Source: Tubulanus polymorphus (Eukaryota; Animalia; Nemertea). From it: a DNA stretch of 64,000 nt. Under the pieces are notes generated by a model that saw only the letters and a list, made by a program, of their open reading frames with translations, was not told where the DNA came from and did not search any database. The translations under genes and the position numbers were made by a program. Each line of letters opens with the position of its first letter. Position 1 is the stretch's first letter. Below, piece by piece: positions 23,169 through 37,800 of this stretch. Location: NCBI RefSeq assembly GCF_964204645.1, contig NC_134026.1, positions 23,036,150-23,100,149 of the forward strand. The letters run 5' to 3'.

Positions 23169-24614
23169 CCATAACAACTGGTATGAAATATTCATCAAAC
23201 GTACATAATGAGATGCACTTGTAGATTACTAAAGATACGACTCCCTAAAACCGTTATCTTACAGTCGTTGCTCTTGACGTTCATGATAACGTAAGACATT
23301 AATAATGTTAAAACACCTGTTTAGTCAGTGATGTATTCCATTTCGCGAAAGGCTCTACATGATAGACTATGATGTATTCTATGAATGGACAGTAATTCCC
23401 TGTACTATAGAATTTACTATATCGAGGATGATTTTTAATCAGCTCGATGACACTCAGCGGATCGAAGTGAGAGTTGTCGATAAGCACTTAGACATTTGCA
23501 CATACCAAACCCGAATCAATAACTCTTCACAGTTGCCTGGGTAATCCTAAACTACTGATAATCACGTCTATAATCTCAACGTGCACTTTATGGCGATTGT
23601 TGATAAGTTATGGTGGTAATTTGCTGCGACTCGGTGAAAAACTACTACAACAAGAGCGGCCATTGTATGCGCCCTATGCATTATCTCAGCCACAAGCTAC
23701 ATAATACAATCCATATCATTTAGGGACTAACGCAAATTTATTGTCGCATGTTATCCGATTCGACATCATTCATGGGATTGCTCTCGCTTTTTTGCGTAAG
23801 CGTCGGAGCCCCGATGTTCGTATTGTATGACTAGAAGGAATCACAATTTTCTTCTCATAAAATTTACTTTCGGAGACACACGACCCGTTACTGCTATTGA
23901 ATACTTCGCCCAGAGTCGTCACTTATACTGTGTGATTCTTGCTATTGATTCCATCTGATATCATTCAAAATTTCCACCAGAAAAAATTGAAACCACCGTT
24001 TTTCTTAGTAAATTATCTCTCGATTCTTTATTTTTACAAAATAATGTTCTCTTCGAATTATAAACATCATAGATGACATATTTATTATTGTCATGAGTAC
24101 AACGTCAATCTCTACACATTTCATATACGTGCATGTGGACAAGCGAAAAAAAAACAAACTTATGCGAACTGTATAGACTGAAGAAACATGGCAGGCCTCT
24201 TTGCGAATATATACCGTATGGCATATACATATTGTTTATTGTGCATCGTTTTTCAATTGCTACATTCGACATATCTCCAAAAATAACGAAAGCACATTCA
24301 ACTAAAAACAGGGTCTTCTTCTTGGCTTTTATAACTTCGTATAATACGTTCAGTACACTTTGCAAAAAAGATATAGATATATTTGCTATTTAACAGTGAC
24401 TTAGACGATGCTAAACATAAATGATAAATGCAACCAACTTGAAGCATAACGAACGTATCTAGATCTGTTAAATATAAAATATATTGCTAAACGATTTAAC
24501 TGAAAACAAGATCATGGACACTTGAGGCAAGAACCCTAGTAAGTAATGACTGATTGTCAGGCGTGATATAGACGATACACAGCGCAGTTAATATGTTTAT
24601 TTTGATTGATATCA

Positions 24615-25871
24615 TCATCTTGCCTTGCCGTGGTTATTTTTCTGGTAAGGATGGGCGACATTTGGATTTTCATTGACGTAGCCGGTGATGTCATAACCGT
24701 TGTACAAATGCCGTCTCTTTCGCTTGCAGCCGAGCAACGCTCGGAACGCATTGCGAAACTCACGATTGAAAAATGCATAAATAATCGGATTCAGCGAAGA
24801 ATTTAGATAACCGATCCAAAAAAGTACGGAGACAAGCAGGTCCGAGTGAGGGCAGGATTTTCCGCACATAGCCACGATGAAATACCACAAGAAAAACGGC
24901 AACCAACATGCAATAAAAGCGCCCATAATGATGCCTAACGTTTTGGCGGCTTTGTGTTCGCGTCTCATTTTCTTGCGATCTTGACGATTGTGCAGGACGA
25001 GGGTGTTCTCATTGTCGGTGGAACCCTCGTCAGTGGTGATGTGATAACTACCGTTACTGTTATTGCCTGTCGAATCCAAGCTATTCGTTCGCACCGGGGG
25101 CACCTGTCGCAGTGGCACCATCAATCGTTGCATAGCTTTGATTTGTTTCTCTTGTCGTTTCGCCTCTTTGAATATTTTCACGTACACGAATACCATGATC
25201 ACGGCCGGTATCCAAAACGAAACCGTCGACGAAATGCCTGCATATATTTTGTTCACGACGAAAATGCATAACTCCGGATTCTCGGACATTTTCCCAATGC
25301 TGTCAGACGTTGTGTACAGGTTAGAATGGATGGGAATCTGAGACACCAGGGCGCTCGCACCCCAAGTTACGCACAGCATAATGATAACTTTTCTCTTGGT
25401 CATTTTTGCCTCGTACTGCAGCGGCTTCGTAATCGCGATGTAACGATCCATGCTGATACAGCACAAATGCAATATCGAAGCCGTTGAAAATAGAACGTCA
25501 TTGGCGTTGAAAATATCGCACATGATTCGCCCAAAAAGCCACCGTCCATTCGTCAGCTCGATGCTCGCGTTGAACGGCATTACGCAAGTAGCCACCAGGA
25601 AATCCGCAAACGCAAGCGACACGATGAAATAACTAGTAATTCCACGAAGTCTTTTGAATCTAAACACGCTTAGTATAACTAAAGAATTTCCGAACGCAGC
25701 GCCAACCATTATGGCCACCATGGCGAACCCTTTGAGAATAGCTATCGCGGTTGATTGGTCTTCATTTTCAGCGTCACTGCCACCGACGCCGCTGCGGGTA
25801 CTGTTTACCAAATTCGTTTGGTTAGATATTCTATCCGATGATGATAAATTCCACGCCCGTCCATACTCCAT
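24615..25871 (-). CDS. Beta-adrenergic-like octopamine receptor (class A aminergic GPCR), CDS in a single exon
   Basis: Seven TMs with GN, SLAFAD, TM3 DVLFSTASILHLCCISMDRY (amine-binding Asp), TM5 SSTVSFWIP, REHKAAKTLGIIMGAFIACWLPFFLWY and WIGYLNSSLNPIIY. These are characteristic of Oct-beta receptors. First ATG at 25871; splice acceptor at 25956-25957 in the 5' UTR. Confidence 0.92.
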   Translation of the reverse strand: MEYGRAWNLSSSDRISNQTNLVNSTRSGVGGSDAENEDQSTAIAILKGFAMVAIMVGAAFGNSLVILSVFRFKRLRGITSYFIVSLAFADFLVATCVMPFNASIELTNGRWLFGRIMCDIFNANDVLFSTASILHLCCISMDRYIAITKPLQYEAKMTKRKVIIMLCVTWGASALVSQIPIHSNLYTTSDSIGKMSENPELCIFVVNKIYAGISSTVSFWIPAVIMVFVYVKIFKEAKRQEKQIKAMQRLMVPLRQVPPVRTNSLDSTGNNSNGSYHITTDEGSTDNENTLVLHNRQDRKKMRREHKAAKTLGIIMGAFIACWLPFFLWYFIVAMCGKSCPHSDLLVSVLFWIGYLNSSLNPIIYAFFNREFRNAFRALLGCKRKRRHLYNGYDITGYVNENPNVAHPYQKNNHGKAR

Positions 25872-28800
25872 AATAAACACGAAAATTCGTATCGGATATC
25901 ATCGGTTACATTTTTGCCGTGCTTTAAACGTTCGACCCATCGTGAGAAAGATGCCCTGAAATGAGAAAATAGAATAAAATCGACTAAATTTTACTGTTCA
26001 ATTCAATATGTGGTTTGATATATCGTGCACAGCGTGATGGTCAAGATGGTGGCGGATGCTGTCTAACAAGTGTATTAGACATAATTGACTGGAGATAAAC
26101 CAAATGTAATTGTATATCCAATGAGCAATGGTCGTGTGAGCTAAATGATAATTATTGCTAACGAGGGAAAGCGAGTCAAGGCAGTACACACAAAAAAAAA
26201 TCATCCATTCAGTATAACCGGTGGTGAGACCGCATCCAACACTATTTTCACGCGTAAAACCAGGAAACAGAAAATTTAGACCTGACAGAATGATACGACG
26301 AAGGTTATAACGAGTGAGGTGCTTGGGATACAAAGATATTTAGATGAAACGATTTGATCCAGTTTGTTGCCAATATGAAGTAATAAAGCCTGCAGTGAGA
26401 TTTGATCAGGGAATATTTGTATGTAGATAGTCATACCTTCCACATACATATTATTATACACACAAAGGAAGGAAATTTCTGTTTTCTTCTTATTTACTCC
26501 CAGAATATTAATCGGTAAAATATGTATATAATATATGATATTCAGTCGCCACGGAATTCGACATCTCATTAATGCATCATATGCCATTTAAGATCTACAT
26601 CTCCGCCTCGATATGAATAATTTGTTTTCATATAAAAGGAAACGTGTCCAACCGATATTTCGATGATTGTAACATATACTAATAATTAATGGAGCTGTGG
26701 AATGTACTCGGCTGATTAAAGTTTCAAATATCATCTAATGTCAATTTTAATACACAGTGATAATATTAGCCTAAACTTTCAATGAATCAGTCAATTGATC
26801 GCCATTTTCAAGAGGTTTTATGCAAATCAATTGACAGGTGATTATCGTTTGATTAAAGAAATAAAATGAGGACCCTTAGTTTCATGCGTTAACATTTGGA
26901 TGAATCATTAAATTTCGCAGACACCGTTTTTAAAGATTTTCCCATTGTTAATTATTCTCAAGTGAATCAGTTCATCACACATCATTCATGAATTCGGAAT
27001 GCACGACTTAAAAGCAATATACGAATGTCTTAGATGTTAAAACTGAATAGATCGAGAGATAGTACCATACGCATCTCATTTTTCATTACATGAAACCAAA
27101 TAAAAATCAAACCATGTAGGCTAGCTCACGGAGAACAAAGAATGATTTAAATGTCCACAATCTTTGGAGATATAATCAACCGTGGAGAGCGGGGAACACG
27201 CAAGAAATTGATAAGTATACGGCAAATATCGATGAATACAAACGATCACCGGCTTGCAAATACATAATACTGTAGTACAAGATAATTTCCTGCTGTTAGG
27301 TGGCAAATGGCGTGTCCGTGAAGCCCATACGCGCCATACTTGAAACGAGTTATGTTGCGTATGGAAAATCGATAGATAACATTGATGACTGAGATTCGAA
27401 GATCTCCGTCATTCATGAACGAAGCGATTTCTCTACGAATGTAGAAATTCTAATTTTTAACCCAACCCATCCTTAAAGCTGAAAGAACACTCGACTGCGT
27501 GAGCTTATTTTTGGGGAAATAGATATCTTCACAGTAACTGAAAAACATATTCGCTACGCTCGACGAAGTGAATGTTTTGCAAACTGCAGTTTCCTGATGT
27601 CATCTAGTCCGGAAATGCGTTGGCTTTGTTAAGAAAGGCTTCAGATACATTTGGCGCCTTCGATGGTAGGATGAGAAATTTTGCTGAACTGAAACCGACA
27701 TCGCCTTTGGCTATAAATGTGACCCGACAAATCGTTCGGAAGTTTCGGTTCTTTGATTCTGGCCTGAAACAACATCCAGGCTCAATCACCGCATAACTCA
27801 AGTAGCTATTAAGCCGTCGTCTGCGACGACAAGGCACGAACAGTTCGCATCCATTCGCTTTTACAAATTGACGATGAATCTCGGAGATAAGTTTTAAGAG
27901 ACATCGGCGCAATGGCATTTCAACGATTAATTGAATTTTGCCTCCTTGAGTGTCAGGTTTCAATTGATTAAACGGCTTGATATGAACGTTCAACAGTCTC
28001 CGGAATGCCGTTTCAACGGGAACGCCTAGCATCGACCTTTGCGTCTTATCATATACTCTCCCAAATGCTTGTTTATACAGACCCCAAGCTACCAAATAAC
28101 GAGAATGGTATTTTGATAATTAACGGTGCAAAAACCATGCGCAAAATACCTAAAATGTGGATTTAAGAGGGATACGAATAGGGATATGTTATGTTATGTA
28201 ACTGTTAGAAGTACCATATTGATCGAACAAACATCTCACAAAAGCATGTTTCCTATTTTATGACTGGTCGACTGTATTGCGATAAGAAGCAGTGTGGTAT
28301 ATATAGCCAAAGATAAAAAAACTACGCCAAATCTGAACGTCGTGTACCATAGTTACCATTCCTCTGGTGTGCGAACGTATTATCATAACACTCGTTAGTT
28401 AGCGTAATGGCTATAAAAGTTAGACATGCCCACACCACTACCTACACAACGAGACATATATTACCGGCACTTGCGAATATACCCGTAAACGAACAAAGTG
28501 CCACGGATAACAATATCAATCATACGAAGATACCAACAGATGGACACGTAAAAAACTTCAACGCATGCTCATCTCTTCATTGTTTCACGAATTCAGGAAT
28601 AAATCAATAGCGAATTGGCGAATACCCGGAAACGGAACTGTCATTTCCGGTTGATTATACTGCATAGAACCTTTTTAAAGGCTAAGCTTCGACTGCTTTG
28701 ATGTGCAACAGTGAACCAAAAATTTTAAAGATACCTGGAGTGATTGGAGAGTTCTTCGCCGGGTCACCAAGACGAAGGCGAAGATCTTAAAAAGCATCGC

Positions 28801-30849
28801 TTAAAAATGATTAGAAGCGGAATACATTAAATTTGTTACCACTTTTTTTCGATGTATCGACACGAGTAACAGAAGAGGAGCAACCTGGGGTATCGTGCAG
28901 TTCGTTCGGTTTCTAAGAAAACATCTTGTTTTGAAACATGTATTAATCAATCGTCAGCTAAACGGACACTTCGCTTATCCACGCTTCCAGCGATTCATGC
29001 TTGTAAAGAAGTTTTAGAAGTGAGATCCTGGATGAAGTTAAGCTGTCAGCTCTTTCCTCCAATATTATACGCGTGATACAACTGAGGAGCAGAGAAAAGC
29101 CTACCGGTATACATGGATTGAGCTTGATGTCACTCGATTTTGGTCTGCTGAGATGCGAAATAGATAAACCCTTAATGTCACGCGTGATACGAGACATCAG
29201 TGTTGTAGTTAAAACTTTACGAATCAACAAAGCTTTAATAATACCCGCTATTGAAACGATTTGTCAAAATATATAGATCATTACCGAAGATATCATGGGT
29301 TTTTTAGTAATCCGCTTTAAGTGAAAAGTGCGTTAATCCTCGCGTTGGCATCGAACATGTACCTCTAGACTAGTCAGGTTTCTAAGCTGTCACAACGCGA
29401 TAGAGCTGGAATACATATCTATCCGGCTTGTCGTTCGGTATCGTGACACCCGGGCAAATAGCCTGTCATAGTATGATAACAGTTTAACAATGGCGGTGTA
29501 AGCGCGGAAACTCTGGCAATTTATCTTCCCTTTGTCGCATAAATGGAGCCAAAACCTTGTCAGTACCGAACGAATACAAATGAGATCGAAACATCATCGA
29601 TTCATTTTCCCATCCACGGCTACTAGAAGGGATCACGTCGGGTCGGTGAATATCATACACGTTTTCAAGTCGGAGGTAACAAAAATGCATATTTCTCGAC
29701 GAAAATAAGTGTCAGCGCGTTATGCACGTTTCAGCACGTTTCAAGAATTCTTCAACTATCTACTAACAGAAATGTTTTCGATCGTTATTCACGCACATGG
29801 ACGTGTTAACGACTCCACATGAAGTGGAGTCTGAGACACTTTGCGATGAACGATCTGTAGTCGTTGGCGCACTTAGTTGCGCTTTTGTTAAGTTGTAAAT
29901 GTGCAATTTCCGTATCCGTCCAAACCGCAATTTCGGTAAAAGCCAATTAATGTCGAAAAATAGGAAAATATTACCAAAACACCAATGAGCACAGAAATAA
30001 CTAGTGCGGAGTATGATGTTGCCGTAACTGAGTACAACCAGTTGCTCAAAGGTAGAACATGGGCAACTGGCTGGAACTGGAGATAGATCGTCGCTTACCA
30101 GTCGTAAATCGACACATTCATGCAACTGGTTAGAGTTAGGATAAGGATTAGAGTTCTATCCAGCCAGTTCTTCTCTTACGCCCAAAACTGCCTTGAAATC
30201 ATACCATATGATAATCATGAATAAAATTGCAATAAAAAGGGTTCACTTCCGCACGGCCGACACTATATCATCATTGGATTAAACTTGAGCCACGTGTACG
30301 TGTATCTTATTTTCTAGCCGTCAATTAAGTATCTAAACTTAGGATAAGACGTTCTTCAAAAAGTAGAGGTCGTCGATGTTGCGGTTAATAGTAAAATTAG
30401 TTGTTCGAAAGCTAACTAAATCGACGATAAAACACCATTACCGACGCGTCGTTGTGTGAAATTAATGCATCGCTTGCGTGTTAAGCCATCAATTTCACCG
30501 CCGAAGAATAGAAGCATGAATAAAAATGATATCGAAATTGCTTCTAATCCCGTTCGATTGCCACGATTGACACTAGATGGGATTAATTTTCTGTAGTTAA
30601 GTCTCATTTTGTTGCCAAATGAAATATATGTCAATTCGTTTCTGTCAAATCAGGCGTGATTGGTGTAGACAATATTGTCTGGACGAGCCATTTATGTCGC
30701 TAGTACGTTCCATCGTGGACGCATAAAATGCTGAACATACACAGAAACCAACGACCTTGAAACTCACAAAAATCACAGCCATGAGCTACACAAATTTACA
30801 AATAATCGTGTGAAATTACCATGTTTGAAAATACCAATTTGTAAACTAG

Positions 30850-30953
30850 GGTCCAGTTCCACAGTTCTGAGTTAGAACTATGGTTAAAACATTGAAAATG
30901 AATTGACTTTAACTCTGAGTTAACTCTAACTCTAACAACTGTGGAACCGGGCC
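30850..30953. mobile_element. Short MITE with PIF/Harbinger-like terminal inverted repeats
   Basis: GGTCCAGTTCCACAGTT versus the right-end reverse complement GGCCCGGTTCCACAGTT (15/17 identical), with internal AACTC/GAGTT repeats. Confidence 0.7.
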
Positions 30954-31318
30954 TGTAATGTCAAATGTTAATCACAAATGATCTTATTCCTTCGGAGTCT
31001 TCTCGCGTCCTTGCTCAGGAACGTGAACGTCTTATTTACGATCGCATCCGTTCTAGACTTGACGATATCTCACGCGACAGGATTCAATTCATTTTATCAA
31101 CGCACCTCAATCTTTCAACTATACTGTAATTTTTAATTCGACCCCTGATTTATAGGTGACGTTAATGAACGTAGAAATGAAGTGTATCTAATGGCACGTT
31201 ATCAGCCGGAAATAGGTGACTATCCTACACCGCTTAATGAGGGTTCAGATCCACGAGCACTCAGCTGCATTTTTTTTGGTTCGGTTTTTTCAGATCATTT
31301 CAAGATATTGTTTAATAA

Positions 31319-31834
31319 GGCATTTTTTTAAATTTTAAGTTGTATTACGGATTTGATGGACATGAAATAATCGGGGAGGGGAACAAATTCAAAAAAGATC
31401 ATTTTTTTCTTAAATCATTGAATTCATTACTAATTAAATGATGGGGGAGGGGATTTGAAAAAAGAAATTATTTAAAAGATAGTTTTAAAAAATAGCATTA
31501 TTTTGGAGGTCGTTTTGGGTAAGCTATTGTAGTTTAGGTAACTAAGGTAACCACCTGTGCAGTAATTTGGGTAATGATACCCGAAAATTGTCTACTTATT
31601 GCCTACACACACATAGCTGACGCCGCCATTTTTGCACGCTATTTACTGAACGAACCCGACAAATATATCCACCGCCCGTGTGTGATGTGGCCGTGGAAAA
31701 AATTATAAATGCTCATTTTATTTTCTAGTATAAGCTTAGAAATATGGTTGCGCTAGGAAAAAAAATAAAGAAAGCTTTTTCTTATTCGGAAAAGTTCTTC
31801 GGCTGCCCCGTAATCCAACTTTAAAAAAACGGCC
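31319..31834. mobile_element. ~516-bp PIF/Harbinger (Tourist)-type MITE with TAA target-site duplication
   Basis: Left end TAA|GGCATTTTTTTAAATTTTAAGTTGTATTACGG; right end CCGTAATCCAACTTTAAAAAAACGGCC|TAA. The TIRs are degenerate but share AAGTTG.ATTACGG. The interior is AT-rich. Confidence 0.55.
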
Positions 31835-34800
31835 TAATGCTAGCACTAAGTGCGCTAAAACTATTTTATGGAAACAGATTTGTTGATCAGCTAACCAGGC
31901 TCTTTCAACACAAAAACAAAATCCGCTGCTATCTTTGCAAATTGTAAATCTTCCTGACGTTATTTGAATACGTTTATATCAGTTGAAATTCAACAGCTGA
32001 AAATTGCTCACATATCCCATATTCTATCTGCTTATTCTCCATCTATTGGGTATGATTATTTTATGTTAGAGTATCCACTGGAAAAATGTTTACGTCACCC
32101 CCGCTTACACTGTATATGAGAAAAAAAGGAACATTATAAGTTGATATGTACATATTGCACTTCGAAAAGACAGAAATTTCTATTTTGAAACGATGAGTTT
32201 GTGCGTATGATAGGCCTAAGCATTTTTTAATTTTACTGCGATACCCATGAGGTTTATGAGACCTCTCCGACTTCGACGAGACGGTGACGTCGTGAAGGAT
32301 AGAGAGATTGATACGTATCTCTCACGAGACTTTATAGAAGATGCGTGAGGCATCATTCAACAAACGAAAATCAGCTCGGTTGACACGTTATCAGATTCAC
32401 AGTCACAGATGTTAAAGGATCTCTTTGACGGCACTATTCGTCAATAAGAAGATAGCTTTGTGATATTCGATATGATATTCACGCTTTCATCAACGCTACG
32501 GTTCTCGCTGTACTGTTTCTCAACTTAAGATAATCGGTTGAAAAAAAGAACGATACATGGGGAATCGTATGACGTCGTCAAAATTATCTCGCGTCATGCC
32601 CGCAAAACTGCATTATATATCCCTATGCTAATCGCATGTGCACTTATGAATCAAGCGTATTTTACTGAAGCAACAGTTCAAATTCCATGCATGTATGCAA
32701 TAACGTGTTTGAGATATCGGTACAAGTTGGCAATAAACAAAATTCCGAGAGACAAAAATAGTGTCCAAGACACAGGAAATGTATCGTAAATGACCATTTG
32801 CAGCGATATATACAGTGGCGGTGCCGATACTGTGGATACGGGATTATCAATCATTGCCACCGAATTAATGGCCGGTATACGGAATTCTTAATTTGAACAT
32901 CCATCAAGATTTGTTGAGTTGGTGCTCACCTTCCGACTTGGCACATACGCACCAAATATTCCCGATTCATTGTAGGCTGTTTTTGAGTGCGCTATCGAGA
33001 ACTTTGAAATGATATTGAAACCCGGCTACCAATTTTAAATGCATTAACAACTGATTGCCTTTACATAGCAAAAATTTTCCAACCGCATGGATGCAATTCA
33101 GAACTATCTCCCAAGCACGTATAGCATAATGGGGAATATGACAAATTATGATGGTAAATATGAAACCGCATTCCATATCATATGTACGCTGCTATTTAGG
33201 TAATGACTATTGGTTGATCAAGGATTCAGAGTAATCAATGCCCACGACACTATTTACTAAAGTCGATATGCAAACATTCGTGTTTAACTATGAAATCAAA
33301 ATTTACGAATTAATCAAAGTGTGGACTTCATTCAGAACCCCGGTTTCACGAAGAGATTTAGCTGCTGTTTACTGCATTATATCTAATAAACAAGATTAAG
33401 ATGGAAAAGCTTGCGAAACCCCTGTCGTGAAACTATTCTCGTATCTAGTAAAATCCAAATGCACTTGACACCGAGTAAGTACCCCAGTATCATCGGAATA
33501 AGATGGGCAATGATTTCCAAGTTAATATTGAGTCGATATTGATACTGCACAAAAGACAATATCATTTTCACTCGAGGCAATCCGGTGGCCTGATCCCGTG
33601 GTTTCTGATGACAACGAACAAATAAAAGAAGAAAGTGCTTCATATCACAGTTCCACGTCCTCGGGCAATACGTACCTTTATTGATGGGTAAGTTTCAGTT
33701 GACCGCATGATGTTCAGAAACCGAAACCCCTTGTCCCTTTGGTGTATAATATACATATTTGAAGAGCTTATTGGCATCGATATTGGTATTAATACCATCA
33801 TCTGCAAATGGCAGTTCTGACGTCGTGCTGAATTCAAAAGTTGAATAAAATACGTGCATGATGTCGTCAATCATCCACTGCATCCTGTCTATATAAAGTG
33901 GATGTAACCCTGCGATGAGGGCACTAGATCGATATGATAATGTGCATGAAAGCATGTACTTGGCATAGCATGACCCTTATTGCTTTCAAGACAAGAGACC
34001 CGTATCGAAATAGTGATCAGTACGCAAAACGTCAGACCATATAAAAGATTTATGGTCTAATACGGATATTTGTCATGCACGAAAATGTAAAAGGAATTGC
34101 TGAAGCGGTTGTTGCATACTTCCTTGATTCTTTGGTTTTGTCCTTAAATGACATCAAACTTCTTCTCGAAGGTGGTTGTAAAACTCTCCGACACACTTAA
34201 CACTGGGTCGTGACTAATCGGTTTATCAAGCGGATGTAATCAACTGGTTTTTGTATTTATTAGCAATAAGTTTGACCATAGCAGGGATCAGGTTGGTTAG
34301 CGTTATCTTACACACACCGCATTGATCGATCCTTACAATGTACTTACTTATTCGGAGGACTAATACAAAGAATTTTCGATTGATTCTGACGAGGCGATAC
34401 GACTCGTAAATGCCCAAAGAAAGTATGACCGATAGGTCATAAATTATAACGGATAATGAGTTATCGATTAGCTTGCAATTTCAAGTATTTGTTCTGCTTG
34501 TTCAAACGAAGACGTTTTCGAGGATGATAATTAGCCCCAAGAGGTCCATGATTACTTGGCTCATTCTTAAGACAAACACGAAATCGACGAGAATCGCTAT
34601 ATGTAATCATCTGTAATGACGATGTCTTCTTCAGATCAAGCAACAACAACACTACTGCTATAAACTTATCTGACCGGCTATGGGGAAATAATTAGTGAGT
34701 ATAGAATTGAGACGCAGCCATCTAGGAATTAACGGAAAAGGGATAAAAATGACGCATATATAACTGATGCCGTGATTGTCAGACCTCATTTTGCCCTTAT

Positions 34801-37800
34801 CTCGTTGTTTTCCCGGATATGTTCGGCAGACAAACTTCGGTAGATGTGCGATGAAACACATGTACAAAGTCGAAGAATGTACAAAGCGTAATCCGACTAA
34901 ACATTGAGAACATTTAAGTGGCTTCCTGATTTTCTATTCCCCATAGAATAGAAACAGACTGCAGATCTAAATCAATGGAGAAAACTGCATACCTTGCATC
35001 GGGTTGCGTGGCAGGTCTGATGAACGTTACGTCAGTTGTATCTTAAAAAAAGGATTTCATTTTTTATGAGATGCATCTGCCTAACTAAGAATTTTTTTTG
35101 AGGAATGTAAGACAGTCAATGCTACATAGCCCCAAATAGTAAATAATCATAAGGTGAACGAGTTACGGATGAATTACATTCTTCACATAAGAGAAAATCT
35201 TTCGGATTTCTTCTTTCCTGCTTAAGAAAATAAATATTGTAAAATCGCCTACGCGCGATTTTGGATAAATCTCTCTGCCATCATTACGTTAATGATATCG
35301 ATAAACGAGTGCCAGTCTATGATGTCTCATTTATAACCATTCGCAGATTAAATGCGTTACATTAGTAATTGCATTTCACCATTTGACGTATTAGCGTCGT
35401 GTGTAGGCTGTCATTTTTATGAAAATGTAACAAACAGTCAGTGACTGAAAAAACTGTGCGTTTCGCATTGTACAGGCTCAGTGACGATCGCAAATCGTGA
35501 CCACATTGCAAACAGGCACAGCAATTAAAATGTGGCCACACGCTCGAGATTACAGAATTTACGAGTGTTGAATCAAACTGTAAAATTCTGCTTCGCATGC
35601 AAAGTAAATGCACGGTATGAATCAGTATATCAGTATCAGTGAATCAGTATCACAATATCTGTGATGAAACAATAAACGTAAAATCCCGCAATTGTTGAAA
35701 GACTAAAAAGTTAAAATACTAGAAATATTTCAGGTGGTTCCTATACCGGATTCTTCAGTCTAAAATGATATGTCAAATAAATCCATGGTAGATATAAAAT
35801 ATCATAGCATATAGTTAGGTTATGAGTACTGAAATATTTTGAAAGGAGTTTATCATGAGAACTAAACCTTTTATTAAGGTTGACAGAGAGGAGTGACTAA
35901 AAATCGAAGCGGGTTCAATTAAATATCGTTTTGACAGATTTTTGTCAGGAAATATAATTTTAGCTTCCTGAATTTATTTCTATGATAAAATGTGTTGTAT
36001 GATTTACATACTTTGCTAATTAAAATCGGTAGATTTATTTATGGGAAAACGCAGACAGTGATATTTAGACGCGATATTTACGCTGCAAAATATCCGTTTT
36101 GTATATTCTTTTTAAGGCTATGACCAACCTATATCAAGACTGCCACGGGCGCTACTTTCTGCATATTAGTACGCACAGGTGACTTCACTTTCTAATGTAA
36201 ATATCAATCTCTTGCTTGGTTAAGTCATTTGTCGATATCATTCGTTTTGCCGGACAATCAAACTAATGGCAAAATTCGGCGCCAGGCTGACGTAGTGTGT
36301 ATCACCGAATAAATCCCATCAATATTGGCCATCAAACGTTCACGCCTCGATTCTTCTGGATACATCCTCGATGATGTATGCCCATCGTTCTTCTGTGCGG
36401 TATAAGGCTTGCAGTATATACACACGATGAAGAGAAAACAGATTTCATTTTTTCTTTTGAAGCTTGGATGGGTTTTATTCGAAGTGCATCTGCTCAAAGC
36501 ATTTCCAATCCTACGTAATTCGAACATACGCTTTCAAACCACGTGTAGCGCTAAGTGAATATTAGTGGGATGAATCGCAGAATTCATCATTTTGTCGACT
36601 TTTCATCGATCGTCTATTTCTTCTTTCCGATACATTCAAATATGCATGGGCCGATGGTAACTGAATTAGATATACACCGTCACCGAGTCCATCGTATATG
36701 TATATATAGAGATCATTGGAGGAAGGTGAAATTGACGGCAAACACTGGTTTAATGTTGATCCTTAGATTAGAATCGTGTTGCCATTCGAACGCTTTAGAT
36801 GACGTTTAATTATTTATGGCATTATTCAGCGCTGCGGAGTATTTGACGTAAAACCTATAGCTAGGTTGATTACAAAAATCATTAGCTTATCGAACGAACG
36901 CATAGGCCTTCAGCGCTGGTATCAGGAATCCAATTTTATTTGGTGGCTTCAAGGTCATTGAAGGTGACATTTGACGAAAGATCGATTGATGAATCTCAAC
37001 CTCAATTATCAATTAGATTCTACTTTCCCGGAGTTAATCAGCCGTAAGAGTACATTTTGCTTTTCAAGCTGCTAATAGTGAAACGTATGAAGATGGAAGA
37101 TTCTACTGGAACTCGAAGAAAAAATCGAACTAACTCATTCCCTTGCAGCTAATGGCCTAAAATGAACCAGCGATGAGTTACGGAACACGACAAAGCAGCG
37201 CGGAATCTATTATAATATCAATGATAAATTGTGCTTCACATCTGCTAAATTCAGGATAGCGGTTCCACAAGGAGGTCAGTTTGAAGGCAGTTAATTTTGC
37301 ACCCAGTTGGTTGTAAAACACCGACTAATTGCTCTGGATACTGAATACAAAAAAGCATTTTCATTGGTTTGATCCTAAGTCAAATTCGAACGTTTAAGAA
37401 GATATTGATAACGCCTTCAAAATCAAGTGAGTTTACTTTTCCACCGCATTACCACTCAGAAATTTACATATGAATGGAGAGAACAAAATGCGAAACTGCT
37501 TCAATGATGCGAAAATTCTTCTCGGTCATTAGACGCAATTACGGCGATTCGTCGCTGATCCCAGTTGCGCTGTTTATAAAGTAACACGGAAGAACGAAAC
37601 GACTTATAGTGATCATCGACGTAAATTGCTGACCAGGCGTTTCATCCTCGGTGGCATTTATTGCAGGAAACATTAATTGGCTATAACCGATTGGACAATG
37701 ACGACATATCGTTGTTAAGAGCACGATGCATTAACACGACTAATAACGTTCAAGAGCCCATTTTCGAGACTCGAATACTTTTTGGTCTCTGAAATCGGAA

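Noticed and set aside
24954-25959. Several plus-strand ORFs overlapping the GPCR
   Set aside because: They are antisense shadows of the real coding sequence.
27604-28095. 163-aa ORF on the minus strand
   Set aside because: Non-ATG start, no recognisable domain and no clear splice context; likely a chance ORF.
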